Origin: a virus
Taxonomy: Duplodnaviria > Caudoviricetes
Strand: one strand, 5' to 3'
Virus record (IMG/VR): IMGVR_UViG_3300028596_000001
DNA length: 64,000 bases
The first letter of the stretch is position 1. Each line of letters starts with the position of its first letter. The position numbers and the translations under genes were made by a program. Below are positions 19,801-29,252 of this stretch, one piece after another. The notes beneath the pieces are model-generated. The model made no database searches, was not told where the DNA came from, and saw only the letters and a program-made list of their open reading frames with translations.

Positions 19801-19961
19801 AGGACACGGCTCCTACAGAAGACGCTGGTACTGAACCGGCTGCTACTGAAGAAACCGAAGAATCAGAAGAAACTGAACCGGACGCAACGGAAGATAGCAC
19901 TAAAGGTAGCAAAGATCCAAGCTCTCCTAACTACGATCCGTTCACTGGCGGTAAGGCGTAA
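16893..19961 (+). CDS. Portal protein (phiKZ gp129-like), 1022 aa
   Basis: Size, position, HIPSEAVIPIH and IANYFFTPRSWLD segments resembling T4-gp20-type portals, GxE maturation-like sites, and an acidic disordered C-tail. Confidence 0.7.
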   Translation: MSYKTRAVTVGNTPVDFTKVKKSFSNLPPAIQSTLRNAVPRNGLTPDRGDVGGTETVNQAKLQRLSDVISNNINAVTDLRTITPYVDKAELIWNTILLYPNGKQDKILTYDTVSSQFKNNALHLELLKVWEEYFTNDYKIEEDLSKIINDILWNTGSYVLFNLSRPGLDYLINGSEYDPKKAREGNEAHDMYRRRSLDELKKEFVEVNGKVKVKNLGKFVRDPSGSNKSSVSGLEAILSNNISDAGVEFNLFGNDVDPNGDFCVTITDNPACLYFQKFRDNNRLSNANAVMGVESMDLMVDQVLNEPEKLRDPIEDSDTRVKKSKKADKSEATTQNLDEHQIAAAAREIYKARNIHSQQMQFVKPIDTLSVAPYGRGLTWHIPSEAVIPIHYNGQNKRQGDFIFLLDPEEGTFLKNTADPEYYQSVNKNKSGITNKNKSGSENSLISSLRVIQEGKECEFDMSEFVDLAKASIIKQFTSSVLSDKAENISITIDEETNKIFLSRLFRRQGVRCLYVPGEAVTYMALKYSRLGTGQSLTQLAKMHIARLAAYDVADALANLEAAQPHTLMTLTHGKEDGDPNNTVAIARAAFYDQNPKLHSMLSSAQLSVPMIVDSLRDSSLTVKINAGDNPLVAAPEIDMQQMQKNFFRPVDDQSRQKVMNDIANYFFTPRSWLDVSDDTNNFKIEAITEHEMVTNQAVNWQASLSNFIVDFEKKHARVNGPLMTRLIKTIADNKKYWKPDNSKEKIEGDDSSVIKILLADFFTGINVSFPQPSNIETTDKLKNQLDAIDSLVQKWMEIASSSEVLKSVATSLGLSSDVANGEEVIKHVKAFFYAEAFKRYNVPMPFDEIVNDGKGGGIASLVHGIVHQQINAQEFYVQYVTEKHKATQAFLKSNKSKLEKLLQEVQEAAPGAELGDDGLPVGGVDDGTGVDAGAEGGDEGGGYNPFGGDADAGTDDGTTGPDDTPAPDEDTAPTEDAGTEPAATEETEESEETEPDATEDSTKGSKDPSSPNYDPFTGGKA

Positions 19962-19985
19962 AGCAAAAAAAAGAAACAAGACTAC

Positions 19986-20018
19986 TAACCCCTACCCACC
20001 ATTGGTGGGTAGGGGTTA
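19986..20018. terminator. Bidirectional terminator after the portal gene
   Basis: Perfect 15-bp stem TAACCCCTACCCACC / GGTGGGTAGGGGTTA. Confidence 0.8.
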
Positions 20019-20025
20019 TGTCTGC

Positions 20026-20403
20026 TTAGGCTTTAGGTTTGAAGAAACTCACGCTATCGATAACTTTTTCCTGCCTGTCGTTGACAAGAGTTACCATGAC
20101 CTGGAACTTGTCGCACATGATCCGCTCACCTACCAGATCATTGCTCATCTCCAAGCGAATGAACACTTTGTCAGAGAAGACTTTATCACTATCATGGGCC
20201 AGTACTTCCAGCAGCATGGTCGTGATACGGTGGATCAGGTTAGGCATGCGCAGCAGTGGCTTTGGCCAATTACCGCTACGGCGGATCTTGGCGAACAGAT
20301 CAATGATCGCTTGTGGATCTACGTGGGCTGGTACGTCATCAACCGGTCCGCGAAATACTTCAGAGGCTTTTAGTACCGCGGGAAACTGATTAGCTGTAGT
20401 CAT
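20026..20403 (-). CDS. Hypothetical protein (125 aa)
   Basis: AAGGAAG RBS; part of the small accessory operon. Confidence 0.6.
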   Translation of the reverse strand: MTTANQFPAVLKASEVFRGPVDDVPAHVDPQAIIDLFAKIRRSGNWPKPLLRMPNLIHRITTMLLEVLAHDSDKVFSDKVFIRLEMSNDLVGERIMCDKFQVMVTLVNDRQEKVIDSVSFFKPKA

Positions 20404-20418
20404 AGCTTTCTTCCTTTA

Positions 20419-20922
20419 TTAGTAAGCGACATGTTGATTGTAATAAACCATCCAGTCCACACCACGTACCTGGACGCACATACCTTCTTTAACTCCGTAA
20501 GGACCTTCATGGAGTAGTAGGAGGAGTTCATACTGGAAGCGACCAGAAATATAAAGGTCACGTTCCATCAAAGCTAACACTACTTCTCGAGCTATCTCCA
20601 TAGGTTTACGCCTGAGTGCTTTATTACCTCTGTGCAAGAACGGCTCAAGCTCGCGTTCAATCGAGTTAAGAAGACTCACCCCACCTTCGAACCGGCCGAG
20701 CGCATTCAGATCCAGTATGATGTGATGCGGGAGTTCTGGTTTAAGCGCAGGACCAGCAATAGGGGTGGTGCGTAGGCGGTGTTGCAAGTACTTCTTGAGA
20801 TGTCCGCCAGAAGGCCTTGGTTTGTCTTTAGAGGTCGTTGTGTCGTAGACGTTGTAGTACGTCAACAGATTAGCCAACTCTGGCAGGGAGAGCTTATCGA
20901 GGTCTTTATCGGTAACTGACAT
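20419..20922 (-). CDS. Hypothetical protein (167 aa)
   Basis: AAGGAG RBS; accessory operon. Confidence 0.65.
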   Translation of the reverse strand: MSVTDKDLDKLSLPELANLLTYYNVYDTTTSKDKPRPSGGHLKKYLQHRLRTTPIAGPALKPELPHHIILDLNALGRFEGGVSLLNSIERELEPFLHRGNKALRRKPMEIAREVVLALMERDLYISGRFQYELLLLLHEGPYGVKEGMCVQVRGVDWMVYYNQHVAY

Positions 20923-20949
20923 TACAACTCCTTCTTCGACAAAAAAGAA

Positions 20950-20966
20950 AGGCCCACGAGGGGCCT
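20950..20966 (-). terminator. Intrinsic terminator
   Basis: AGGCCC/GGGCCT stem followed by TTCTTTTTTT on the minus strand. Confidence 0.65.
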
Positions 20967-20994
20967 AAAGGGGAAACAGCAGTCAGCTGTTAGG

Positions 20995-21456
20995 TTAAGC
21001 TTGTTTACGCGCTTGGTATTCAGCGTTCCAGGCGTCGTGCTTTTCTTTAGCAGTAGCTTGCATCTCGGCTACCTTCTCCATCGAAACCAGATCGGTTTCT
21101 TTCAGCTGGCTATCAACCAGGTAATGGACGTTAGCCAGGAAGGAGCTGCAGAACAGATTGCCGGTTTGAGATTCGTTGTAGTTCAGGATGGCTTGGTCCA
21201 TGGTGTTATCGAATACTTCGACGCAACCACCGACGCTGTCACGGGAGATGTGAGCTTTGCCGTCTTTACCGAGGTACAGCAGGTTCAGCGAGAAGTACTT
21301 AGCTTGAACCAGAGCTACTGGAACCAGGTGATCACCTTTTACCAGAGTGGCGATGCCGTACACAGCGCGCTCGCCAGCGCCACGGTGATCATCTACTACT
21401 ACACCGTTGTTAGCGTTAACAGCAGCAACAACAGCAGCGAAAGTTTGCATAGTCAT
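20995..21456 (-). CDS. Hypothetical protein (153 aa)
   Basis: AAGGA RBS before ATG 21456; C-ending codon bias suggests high expression. Confidence 0.65.
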   Translation of the reverse strand: MTMQTFAAVVAAVNANNGVVVDDHRGAGERAVYGIATLVKGDHLVPVALVQAKYFSLNLLYLGKDGKAHISRDSVGGCVEVFDNTMDQAILNYNESQTGNLFCSSFLANVHYLVDSQLKETDLVSMEKVAEMQATAKEKHDAWNAEYQARKQA

Positions 21457-21509
21457 GGTGAGATCCTTTTTACTATAAAGAGAATATAGCAATTCAAATG
21501 AATTACTGT

Positions 21510-21560
21510 TCTTGATTCACCCTAGTTATATAGACCTGAGATCCCGTAGAAATTAAAAAT
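21510..21560 (-). promoter_or_regulatory. Candidate phage early-type promoter (TCTATATAAC) for the accessory operon
   Basis: AT-rich minus-strand TATATAAC just after a terminator hairpin; resembles the phiKZ early motif TATATTAC. Confidence 0.35.
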
Positions 21561-21572
21561 ACAGCATAGCTA

Positions 21573-21600
21573 CCCTACCTACCCGAAAGGGTAGGTAGGG
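21573..21600 (-). terminator. Terminator hairpin
   Basis: CCCTACCTACCC GAAA GGGTAGGTAGGG. Confidence 0.8.
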
Positions 21601-21635
21601 ACTATAACTAAACTAATTGCGCAATTAACTCAGCC

Positions 21636-24014
21636 TCAATTGAGACCCAGCAGCACCAGCGCTTTCTGAGTGTCAACATGACGCAACGTGGCCACGTTAC
21701 GATCACCGAGGGTATAGCTGAACAGCCAGACGTTGTTCGAACCACTGAAGCGGATCAGCTTATCACGGTAGATCTCATCTTGCAGAACATCTTGGTCCTG
21801 GTCTTCCACGACGATTTCCATCAGACGGAAGATTTCAGGGAAGGTGCTGCGCTTGATGTATTGCGGTACGTTGACTTCTTCGTAGTACGGACCTTTGTTG
21901 CCTACGACGTTAGCCATGTAGAAGCTACGGATGACGTACAGGTTGACGTCGTCTTTCAGCTTGTCCAGAGCGCCCATCTCTTCACGAGGAACCAGATGCG
22001 GGTTGGCCTTGTGGAAGAGTTGCAGATGGCGGTTCAGGTAGCTGTCAGGTTTGATACCGACGAAGACGTTGAACGCGGTCTCGTCATTCTTGTGCAGCTC
22101 GTTGTACAGGTCGTCGATGTCAGCAGCCAGGTTATCGATCTGGAGCTTACCACCACCGCCTTTACCGTCTACCACGTTGTAGCCGCACTCGTTGGCCAGC
22201 CACTGGTTGCAGATCTCGGTCAGGCGACCGTTGATGAAAGTGCACAGGCCGTTGTCCAGGACACCTTCGCGGAACAGATTTTTCAACTTCTTGGCAGCTT
22301 CATAGAAGCTTGGACGGTCAGCTACGGTCAGCTGGCTGTCGGCGAAGACGAACGGAGCGTCCAGGAACAGACGTTCTTTATCTTCGGCAGAGGCACACTC
22401 GTAAGTGTTCCACTCGGTTAGGTTGTCGAAGACTGCGGCGGAGGTATCTTTGAACTTGCTGGTGACACGGCTGGTGATCAGATTAACGTTGTTGATGATG
22501 GCAACCGATTCTTTCTCAACGATTGGCTCGTCGATAACAATCGCAGGGATGCCTTCACCGAGGGCCTTGACGCTTTCAACTGGAACTTCCAGCTTGTCAT
22601 CTTTGGCCACTTCAGCGAGTGGAGCAGCGATGACCATGTAGGCGTCGTTGTCGTTATCTGGCTTGTCCAGCAGCGGCAGCAGCAGAGCTGGGTTGGTAAG
22701 TACTCTTGTCACATCGAGATTCTCAGCACGAACTACATGACTGAACCACCCGTTGTCTGCCTGCAGATCGATTACCACGATACGGAAGCAGCCGTGCATC
22801 AGAGCTTCCTCTTGACGCATTTCCGGGTGACGTTGGAAGACGCGTTGGATTTGACGCCAATCGCTTTCTGGAATGAAGTAGTGGTTCGGACGACCGGTCG
22901 GACGGAAGTAGCGAGGAAGATCGAACTCCCGCATGTTGTTCCGGTCTAGGTTTTGCAAATCGTTACGGATAGTACCCCAAGTCATACCCACCTCGTTAGA
23001 AACATTATGGTTAGCGGCCGGTTTACGCGGCGGCTCCTGGTTAACTTTGTAACCATGATAAGCTGCAGCGTTACGTTTGATCATCGCCGTAAGACTGTTA
23101 TGGTCTTCGGTTTGGTAGACTTCAGTCCGCGCCTGCTGCGGAACAAAGCCCAGGTATTCCGCATAGTTGTTCGGGTCATAGACTCGAGCATACTCCACGG
23201 GTGTGCTGATGTGGCTTACAAAGTTCAAGTTGGCATAAGGGAATGGTGCGTCGAAGGTTTCCCACATCTTCGAGAACTGTTCCTTAATGCCGTCAAGGTT
23301 TGCCAACTGCTGTTCTAGCGTTTTCGGGAGTCGATGGTTAAACGACAAACCCTTCTTCGTGTTGAACAACCAGTTAAGCAATTCCAGGAACAACACGTGA
23401 TAGCAAGCGAGTTGAACTGCGTTGTTGAAATCCTGCTCAGTCCACTGCTCTTTATTACTGCGGCGCATTTCTTCGATCAGCAGATAACCGAAGATCACAG
23501 TACCCTGCATAGCGATAGTGTGATGGAACGTCGCGATCTTGTTAACGTCAGCAATGAACTCTTTCTTCAGCGGGCAGGGATACCCAGTTTGCTGATCCAG
23601 TACGAACTGTTCTTTAACTTGCTGATAGTTCTTGTAGAACACTGCAGTCTCGCGACGGCTCATGTAGTACAGGAACTTTACCATGGGCTCTTCGACCTTA
23701 CCGATATAGTACTCGATAGTGTCGGAGTCAACAGCCCCGCTACCTTCTAGCATCCCTGCTAGTACATCGTTATGCTCCACGCCACCGTTGTGGGTCTTCC
23801 AGTTGAAGCCGGTGGGTGATGCGCCGGTAGTACTCATACCACCAGCGAGCAAACCTTTAATAGTGTTGCCTGGGATCAGCGCTGCCGCGTTACCCATTTG
23901 AGGACTTAAGTTAACACCGCCCACACCGCGGTGCTGCATTCCTGCTGGCGGGGCTACGTCCAGATTGATACTGCCAGGACGCATGCCACTTGTCGGGCGT
24001 AGGGAATCACTCAT
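21636..24014 (-). CDS. Conserved hypothetical protein following the RNAP beta gene (792 aa)
   Basis: Long ORF translationally coupled to the RNAP subunit gene (4-nt overlap). Confidence 0.7.
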   Translation of the reverse strand: MSDSLRPTSGMRPGSINLDVAPPAGMQHRGVGGVNLSPQMGNAAALIPGNTIKGLLAGGMSTTGASPTGFNWKTHNGGVEHNDVLAGMLEGSGAVDSDTIEYYIGKVEEPMVKFLYYMSRRETAVFYKNYQQVKEQFVLDQQTGYPCPLKKEFIADVNKIATFHHTIAMQGTVIFGYLLIEEMRRSNKEQWTEQDFNNAVQLACYHVLFLELLNWLFNTKKGLSFNHRLPKTLEQQLANLDGIKEQFSKMWETFDAPFPYANLNFVSHISTPVEYARVYDPNNYAEYLGFVPQQARTEVYQTEDHNSLTAMIKRNAAAYHGYKVNQEPPRKPAANHNVSNEVGMTWGTIRNDLQNLDRNNMREFDLPRYFRPTGRPNHYFIPESDWRQIQRVFQRHPEMRQEEALMHGCFRIVVIDLQADNGWFSHVVRAENLDVTRVLTNPALLLPLLDKPDNDNDAYMVIAAPLAEVAKDDKLEVPVESVKALGEGIPAIVIDEPIVEKESVAIINNVNLITSRVTSKFKDTSAAVFDNLTEWNTYECASAEDKERLFLDAPFVFADSQLTVADRPSFYEAAKKLKNLFREGVLDNGLCTFINGRLTEICNQWLANECGYNVVDGKGGGGKLQIDNLAADIDDLYNELHKNDETAFNVFVGIKPDSYLNRHLQLFHKANPHLVPREEMGALDKLKDDVNLYVIRSFYMANVVGNKGPYYEEVNVPQYIKRSTFPEIFRLMEIVVEDQDQDVLQDEIYRDKLIRFSGSNNVWLFSYTLGDRNVATLRHVDTQKALVLLGLN

Positions 24015-25669
24015 ACTTTACTTTCTCTAAATCTGAGTCGTCGTTCTGATTTTTCGTACAGCTCCTTGAATTGAGGGTCCAGGGCTGTTACTTTGTCGTT
24101 GATCAGATAGACACATGGTAGTAGGTAAGCACGTCCGTCAGGTCCCGGAGAGGACACTCGAAGATGGCTGTTAACAAACAGCTGCGAAGTGTGGATGTGA
24201 GTTGAACTGTCGTTCGCGTCAAAGTCACCCTTCTTCTTATTCTTGGACGAACTGGTGAACACTTTATCCTGCGGCATACATCCCAACATGTAATCGACGA
24301 AGGGTACGTCAGTCGGGGTGGCTTCCTGGATCAGGTTAGTGGTTCGTGCGTTGTCGATTTCTTTTACATGGAAACGACTATTAAGGAAACGCGATACCTT
24401 TTTCTGACTCAGTTCCGAGTTATTCTTGATATCGTGCTTGAAGTTGTTCGCCGCGGTGATGAGTTTATCCATCGTGAATTCGAGGCTAGCAAGTTCTTTG
24501 TGGAACATAGTCGCACGGTCTGTCGTCTGAACGATCTCACTACGATTGGTGATAATGTAGTTAAAGAGATCGAAGATGTCGGACGCTACGATGTTCTGGG
24601 CTGCGAACTTCTTAATGGAGTCCTCATCCAGGTAATCGTTGATGGAATCGAAGTGATCGTACATCAAACGCATGATGTACTCATTGGAGTCACCACTCTT
24701 AACCGAAGTACGTCCGATTAAAAGCTTCCAATAATCAGGATCGTCGATCCGATCGATGTCAAAGTAGCTCGACATGCAATCAATTACAAACTGCAAAGAT
24801 GCAGCATACTGCAAACCCAAAGTGTTCAGGGTCTTACGCTTACTCGATTTGTTTCGAATAGCGATACCCAGATCTTGGTTTACATATTCACCCAGGAATT
24901 TCGGGTTAGGGGATTTCGACCGCGTAATGATTTCCCAACGGTCCTCGGCTTTGCACTCATCAATGAGCACGTCAACCGGACCCAGTTCATACTCACATTC
25001 CCCGAACTTCTCCATGGCCTTGGTAAAGCCCATGTTGGCAAACACGTACCAAGCCAGCAGCGGAATAGGAACGTTCTTGCTGGTGATTTTCCGGGAGTCT
25101 GTGGGGCTGTAGAACCGGTTACTGGCCAAGTTGATACTGGCCGTACTCGTCATTACCTGTCCACCGTGGTTGAACACGTAATCGTAGTTGTAATGTTCAA
25201 TACCAATCTTGAACTTAAACCCGAGCACTTTCACGAACAGAGAGTTTTCTTTGGTAACTGGTAACCCTCGTTCGGCTAGGACGATTTGCAAACTGTAGTG
25301 CACACCACGCAACCAAATGTCCCCATACTTGTCACAGTACGGCAACATGGTGTAAGCATGCATCTTGATCATCTGGCCAGATTTGTCCCGATACTCAAAA
25401 TTCAGCTTCACCGGATAAATGGTTTCCTTATGGATATCATAAATCTTGGTGCTGGAGTTGATCAAATACTCGATGTACTCACGGGGAGACACACGCTTTA
25501 CATCTATGAAAAATACGCCTCTCTTCTCAATACTCTTGAAGATAATCCTGAGCGCATTATCGTAGTAGCGCAGGGCTCCCTCAAACTCCTTGAGGTGAAA
25601 ACCCTCCGTGATAGTTTGATTGAACTTAGGCTGCCTTTCTTTAATACGCTCGGCGAGTAGGTGAAACAT
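24011..25669 (-). CDS. Non-virion RNA polymerase beta subunit, N-terminal part (phiKZ gp123-like)
   Basis: LPYCDKYGDIWLRGVHY resembles the beta N-terminal 'P...G.f.i.G' region; size and position two genes after the MCP fit the family. Confidence 0.8.
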   Translation of the reverse strand: MFHLLAERIKERQPKFNQTITEGFHLKEFEGALRYYDNALRIIFKSIEKRGVFFIDVKRVSPREYIEYLINSSTKIYDIHKETIYPVKLNFEYRDKSGQMIKMHAYTMLPYCDKYGDIWLRGVHYSLQIVLAERGLPVTKENSLFVKVLGFKFKIGIEHYNYDYVFNHGGQVMTSTASINLASNRFYSPTDSRKITSKNVPIPLLAWYVFANMGFTKAMEKFGECEYELGPVDVLIDECKAEDRWEIITRSKSPNPKFLGEYVNQDLGIAIRNKSSKRKTLNTLGLQYAASLQFVIDCMSSYFDIDRIDDPDYWKLLIGRTSVKSGDSNEYIMRLMYDHFDSINDYLDEDSIKKFAAQNIVASDIFDLFNYIITNRSEIVQTTDRATMFHKELASLEFTMDKLITAANNFKHDIKNNSELSQKKVSRFLNSRFHVKEIDNARTTNLIQEATPTDVPFVDYMLGCMPQDKVFTSSSKNKKKGDFDANDSSTHIHTSQLFVNSHLRVSSPGPDGRAYLLPCVYLINDKVTALDPQFKELYEKSERRLRFRESKV

Positions 25670-25695
25670 CCTGGTATCCCCAAAAGTGTTGTGCT

Positions 25696-26841
25696 TTATG
25701 ACCAGAAGAATCTAAATCCTGCTAGACAAATGCCGACAGTTGCTCCGACTGTTTTCAGCGCGTCTGATACCCAGGACAAAATACTTCTTTGCTTTGCTTG
25801 CTCCAGCGCGTGTTTGTCACGCGTTTCTTTCCTACGCATTTCCGCCTTTACACGGGCGATTTCTTCTTTGTTGCTATGGTCAGATCGGGCATGCTTGTCT
25901 TCAGCTGCCTTTATATCTTGTTTTAACCGAGCTAGATCCATCGCATGAGATTGCTTCATATGAGTAATCTGTAGTGATAAATCGCTTACCTGGTCTTCCG
26001 CTTTCTCTAGTCGGATAGTAGAATCCCTCAGCAGTTTCTTTTTATCATCCAGCTCTTTGGAGATATCTTTGACCCTGCTCTCAGCTTCGAGATACCTTTC
26101 GGTATTACCATATTTCATGGCGTCCGCTTTCGAGGTGAAGATTCCGAGACTATCTAACAAGTCATCAGTCATGTTATCAAAACTGTAGAATAGCAGTTCA
26201 GGTAGCTTTTCACCAATGGAAATGCCTATATACAATCCGGCACTATCCTGCTCGTTTTGCACCACTGGCACTTCAGTGGCACGACCGGCAACGTTTACGT
26301 AGAAGGGTTTTTGCGTCCGACGGGGATCAACCACATAAGCACAATAGTGGATGGCGAACCGTGGATTATTGCGTTGGAGTTGAGCAATTGAATCCGCAAG
26401 GTTAGTAGTAGGGACGTTGAGCGCGTCCTTGTTCTTGTGGCCAGAACCAGGATAAATAGTCAGGCCGAGCATCTCACTGTGGATGGCTGTGGTGTCATCT
26501 GCGAACCTAGCCCCCAAAGTAATCTTTACCGACACCGTGTCATTGAGTGTCCGGAAATAAGTTGCTTCACTATTCTTGAGACGTTCTACTTCCTCCTTTA
26601 ACCGATCCATGATTTCCCTGTCCAGTTTGGTCAAGGCGTGGCTTGGATCGATGTGGATAGTTTCGAGATTGATGTTAACCAGTTTGACTACTAGGTACTT
26701 GTCTTTCTCGAAGGTGGGCTCATCACGTTTACGAACAATGCAACGCAACCCACCTTTATGTACTACAACGAGGTCACAGTCAGTGCCCCCGTTAATAATC
26801 TCGCGTTCCAGCTTGAAAGAATTCATATTCCAAACCACCAT
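25696..26841 (-). CDS. Hypothetical protein with coiled coil and C-terminal membrane anchor (381 aa)
   Basis: Charged heptad-rich region followed by TVGATVGICLAGFRFFWS at the extreme C-terminus. Confidence 0.65.
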   Translation of the reverse strand: MVVWNMNSFKLEREIINGGTDCDLVVVHKGGLRCIVRKRDEPTFEKDKYLVVKLVNINLETIHIDPSHALTKLDREIMDRLKEEVERLKNSEATYFRTLNDTVSVKITLGARFADDTTAIHSEMLGLTIYPGSGHKNKDALNVPTTNLADSIAQLQRNNPRFAIHYCAYVVDPRRTQKPFYVNVAGRATEVPVVQNEQDSAGLYIGISIGEKLPELLFYSFDNMTDDLLDSLGIFTSKADAMKYGNTERYLEAESRVKDISKELDDKKKLLRDSTIRLEKAEDQVSDLSLQITHMKQSHAMDLARLKQDIKAAEDKHARSDHSNKEEIARVKAEMRRKETRDKHALEQAKQRSILSWVSDALKTVGATVGICLAGFRFFWS

Positions 26842-26904
26842 AATTAGTTTCTCTAACCTAATAATTTAGGTTTGAAATATTCCATTGCGAAAAAAAAAAC
26901 CTCC

Positions 26905-26940
26905 CCCTACCCTATCCCCGGTTAGGAGGATAGGGTAGGG
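26905..26940 (-). terminator. MCP terminator (a second hairpin GGGTCCTG/CAGGACCC lies at about 26990-27020)
   Basis: CCCTACCCTATCC / GGATAGGGTAGGG stem with an adjacent long T-tract on the minus strand. Confidence 0.8.
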
Positions 26941-27041
26941 AGAAGTCTTCACAATGCCAAACGGGTTAAGCCAGCCTCTCCACACCATAGGGTCCTGTTA
27001 AGTAAAACTCTTCAGGACCCCGTAGTACGTGTCGGGGAGGC

Positions 27042-29252
27042 TTACGGGTTTGGGACTGGGTTGTTGCCTTCGGTAGCGGTGATCAGCTCGTCCATCTTGG
27101 CAGCGAGACCAACCACTTCCACGCGCTGCTTGGCCAGCTTGGTCAGCAGACCTTCGTCGCCCAGGAACTTGCGAGCGTCGGTGATGGTCAGGGAACCGAT
27201 GATCGGGTTCAGAGCCCAGTGCTTGTAGGTCGGCAGGGTCATCACGACACCGAAGTCCTGCTGATCACGAGTCACGTTACCTTGAACAACGATGTTCTCT
27301 TTCGAGACCACGACACCGACACCGCCCAGAGGGTTGATGAAGTCGGAAGTCGAGTTGTTCTTGGTGACGATCAGGATCTGACCGATCTGGCTGTCGAAGT
27401 TGGTTTCGATAGCGGTCATGTTGACCATCGAGCCCAGAGTACGAGCATCGCCAGTCTTCATCAGGAAGCGACGCAGGTTCTGGTGGACGATGATGTTCCA
27501 CTCAGGAGCGGTGGTACCGCCGTACTCAGCGATGGCAGCCAGGCCGGACTTGGTGGTCAGAGCCGAGGTGATGTCGCTCAGTTCGTTGGTGAACACAGCC
27601 GATACTGCATCGAACACGCCGGTGGAGTCAACCACGGACACCACGTCTTCCAGGGTGATCGAACGGTTGACAGCCGAAGCAGTCACGTAGTGCATGCCAG
27701 GCAGCACGTTCGAACCTTGGTTGTTCGACACGACAGGGTGACCGTCGATCGAGGTGATGTACTTCAGGTGTTCCTGAGCCATGTCGAAGGCTTTCTTCGA
27801 GCACTGGTTGTTGATCGCGACCGACATCTGCTGGATGGCGTAGTCCAGGGAGTCCTGGTTCACGTCTTCCTTGCTGATTGGGTACTTGACCGACACAGGC
27901 GAACCGCGGCGAACCGACAGGTGCTTGTCAGCGTCGAACACTTCGATACGGTAGCCGAAGTTACCGCGCGACAGGTTGTTGACGTTGGCGCGGGTTTTGA
28001 TACCCGATACCGAGCCCTTGGTCAGCAGCTTGATCAGCGCCTTCTGGGTGTCGTCACCACGACCACGGTCAATAACGTTGCCGGTGGCGATGTGGGTCAG
28101 AGCCGAGATGGTCACGTGACCGCCGTTGAGGCGCATGGTGTTCTTCTGGCGCTGGAAGCTGCCCTGCATCGACACTTCGAGCATCGGCTGGTAGCCAGCG
28201 TCTTTGAACGCCTTGAACAGGGTTTCGCCGACACGGTTGCCGTCTTTGTCCAGTACGGCGAAGCCGTTGAACTGGTTCAGCAGCATGCCCAGCTGGCGGT
28301 CGTCCGAGGACTGGCCGTTGGTGGTCGGGTTGAAGGTGTTGTTCGACATCGCTTTGGTATCGATGAAGAAGATCTTCTCGACGCCGTCGATGGTCGCGGT
28401 CAGCTGCAGAGCTTCACCGGTGATCGAGTTGGACTCGATTTCGTCGGTGCTGGTCCAGGCGCGCTGGCCAGGAGCTTGGCAGAGGCCCAGGAAGTTCGGG
28501 ATGACGCTCGGAACTTTCAGGTAGCCAGTCAGGTGGTTCTCGCGGCCGTAGGCGTCAGCTTCCGGGTAGGTAGCAGGCCATGGGGCGATGGTAGCGGCGT
28601 CAACGAACAGCTCGCGAACGTCATCACCGGCGTCTTCCGGGTAAACCGGGTAGATGGCCAGGACTTCGTCTTTGAACATTTCGCCGGTACGCAGCAGGCC
28701 GAAGATTGGCTTCAGCTCGGAAGCTTGCTGCCAGGCGTTGTTGCCGTAGGCATAGTTGCCCAGGCCGGCAGCGCGGACCTTCAGCAGAGCGCCTTCGTCT
28801 TCGTAGCGAACGGTGATGGTCGAGAACAGAGCTTCGGCCGCAGGGGTCTGCAGGTGGCTCTGGGCGTTCAGGGTCATGTTCGCAGCTTTGATGTCTGCTT
28901 CAGAACCGCGGAAGTTCTGCATGGAGAAGCCTTCCAGACCACCAACGGTGGAGTAGAAGTCTTCGGTCTTCTCGACGATCTCACGCAGGTCGCTGGCAGC
29001 GACTTTGTCGGTACGAGCCATGGAGCTCTGGAACGCGGCGTAGGTCTTGTCGTTCAGACGACTGTGCAGCATGCCCATCAGGTTTTGGCTTTCGACGCCT
29101 TGCACCTGGGCGAGACCGACTTTGTCGGCGAACTCGCTGAAGCTTTCGACACCGGCGTGAGCCGACAGTGTCTGGTTTTGTACAGCCGAACGGATCAGGT
29201 GAAAGAGGTTGCCCTCGTTCTTCAATCCGGTTTTGATCTCTTTGTAGGCCAT
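27042..29252 (-). CDS. Major capsid protein (phiKZ gp120-like), 736 aa
   Basis: Extreme codon bias, an N-terminal propeptide with repeated GxE sites (AGVES, QGVES, GGLEG), size, a DnaB neighbour, and two hairpins downstream. Confidence 0.88.
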   Translation of the reverse strand: MAYKEIKTGLKNEGNLFHLIRSAVQNQTLSAHAGVESFSEFADKVGLAQVQGVESQNLMGMLHSRLNDKTYAAFQSSMARTDKVAASDLREIVEKTEDFYSTVGGLEGFSMQNFRGSEADIKAANMTLNAQSHLQTPAAEALFSTITVRYEDEGALLKVRAAGLGNYAYGNNAWQQASELKPIFGLLRTGEMFKDEVLAIYPVYPEDAGDDVRELFVDAATIAPWPATYPEADAYGRENHLTGYLKVPSVIPNFLGLCQAPGQRAWTSTDEIESNSITGEALQLTATIDGVEKIFFIDTKAMSNNTFNPTTNGQSSDDRQLGMLLNQFNGFAVLDKDGNRVGETLFKAFKDAGYQPMLEVSMQGSFQRQKNTMRLNGGHVTISALTHIATGNVIDRGRGDDTQKALIKLLTKGSVSGIKTRANVNNLSRGNFGYRIEVFDADKHLSVRRGSPVSVKYPISKEDVNQDSLDYAIQQMSVAINNQCSKKAFDMAQEHLKYITSIDGHPVVSNNQGSNVLPGMHYVTASAVNRSITLEDVVSVVDSTGVFDAVSAVFTNELSDITSALTTKSGLAAIAEYGGTTAPEWNIIVHQNLRRFLMKTGDARTLGSMVNMTAIETNFDSQIGQILIVTKNNSTSDFINPLGGVGVVVSKENIVVQGNVTRDQQDFGVVMTLPTYKHWALNPIIGSLTITDARKFLGDEGLLTKLAKQRVEVVGLAAKMDELITATEGNNPVPNP

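Noticed and set aside
26889-26899. Long A-tract as a phase-variation site (also about 19964 and 40891)
   Set aside because: The tracts are intergenic and adjacent to terminator hairpins, so they are better explained as minus-strand U-tracts.
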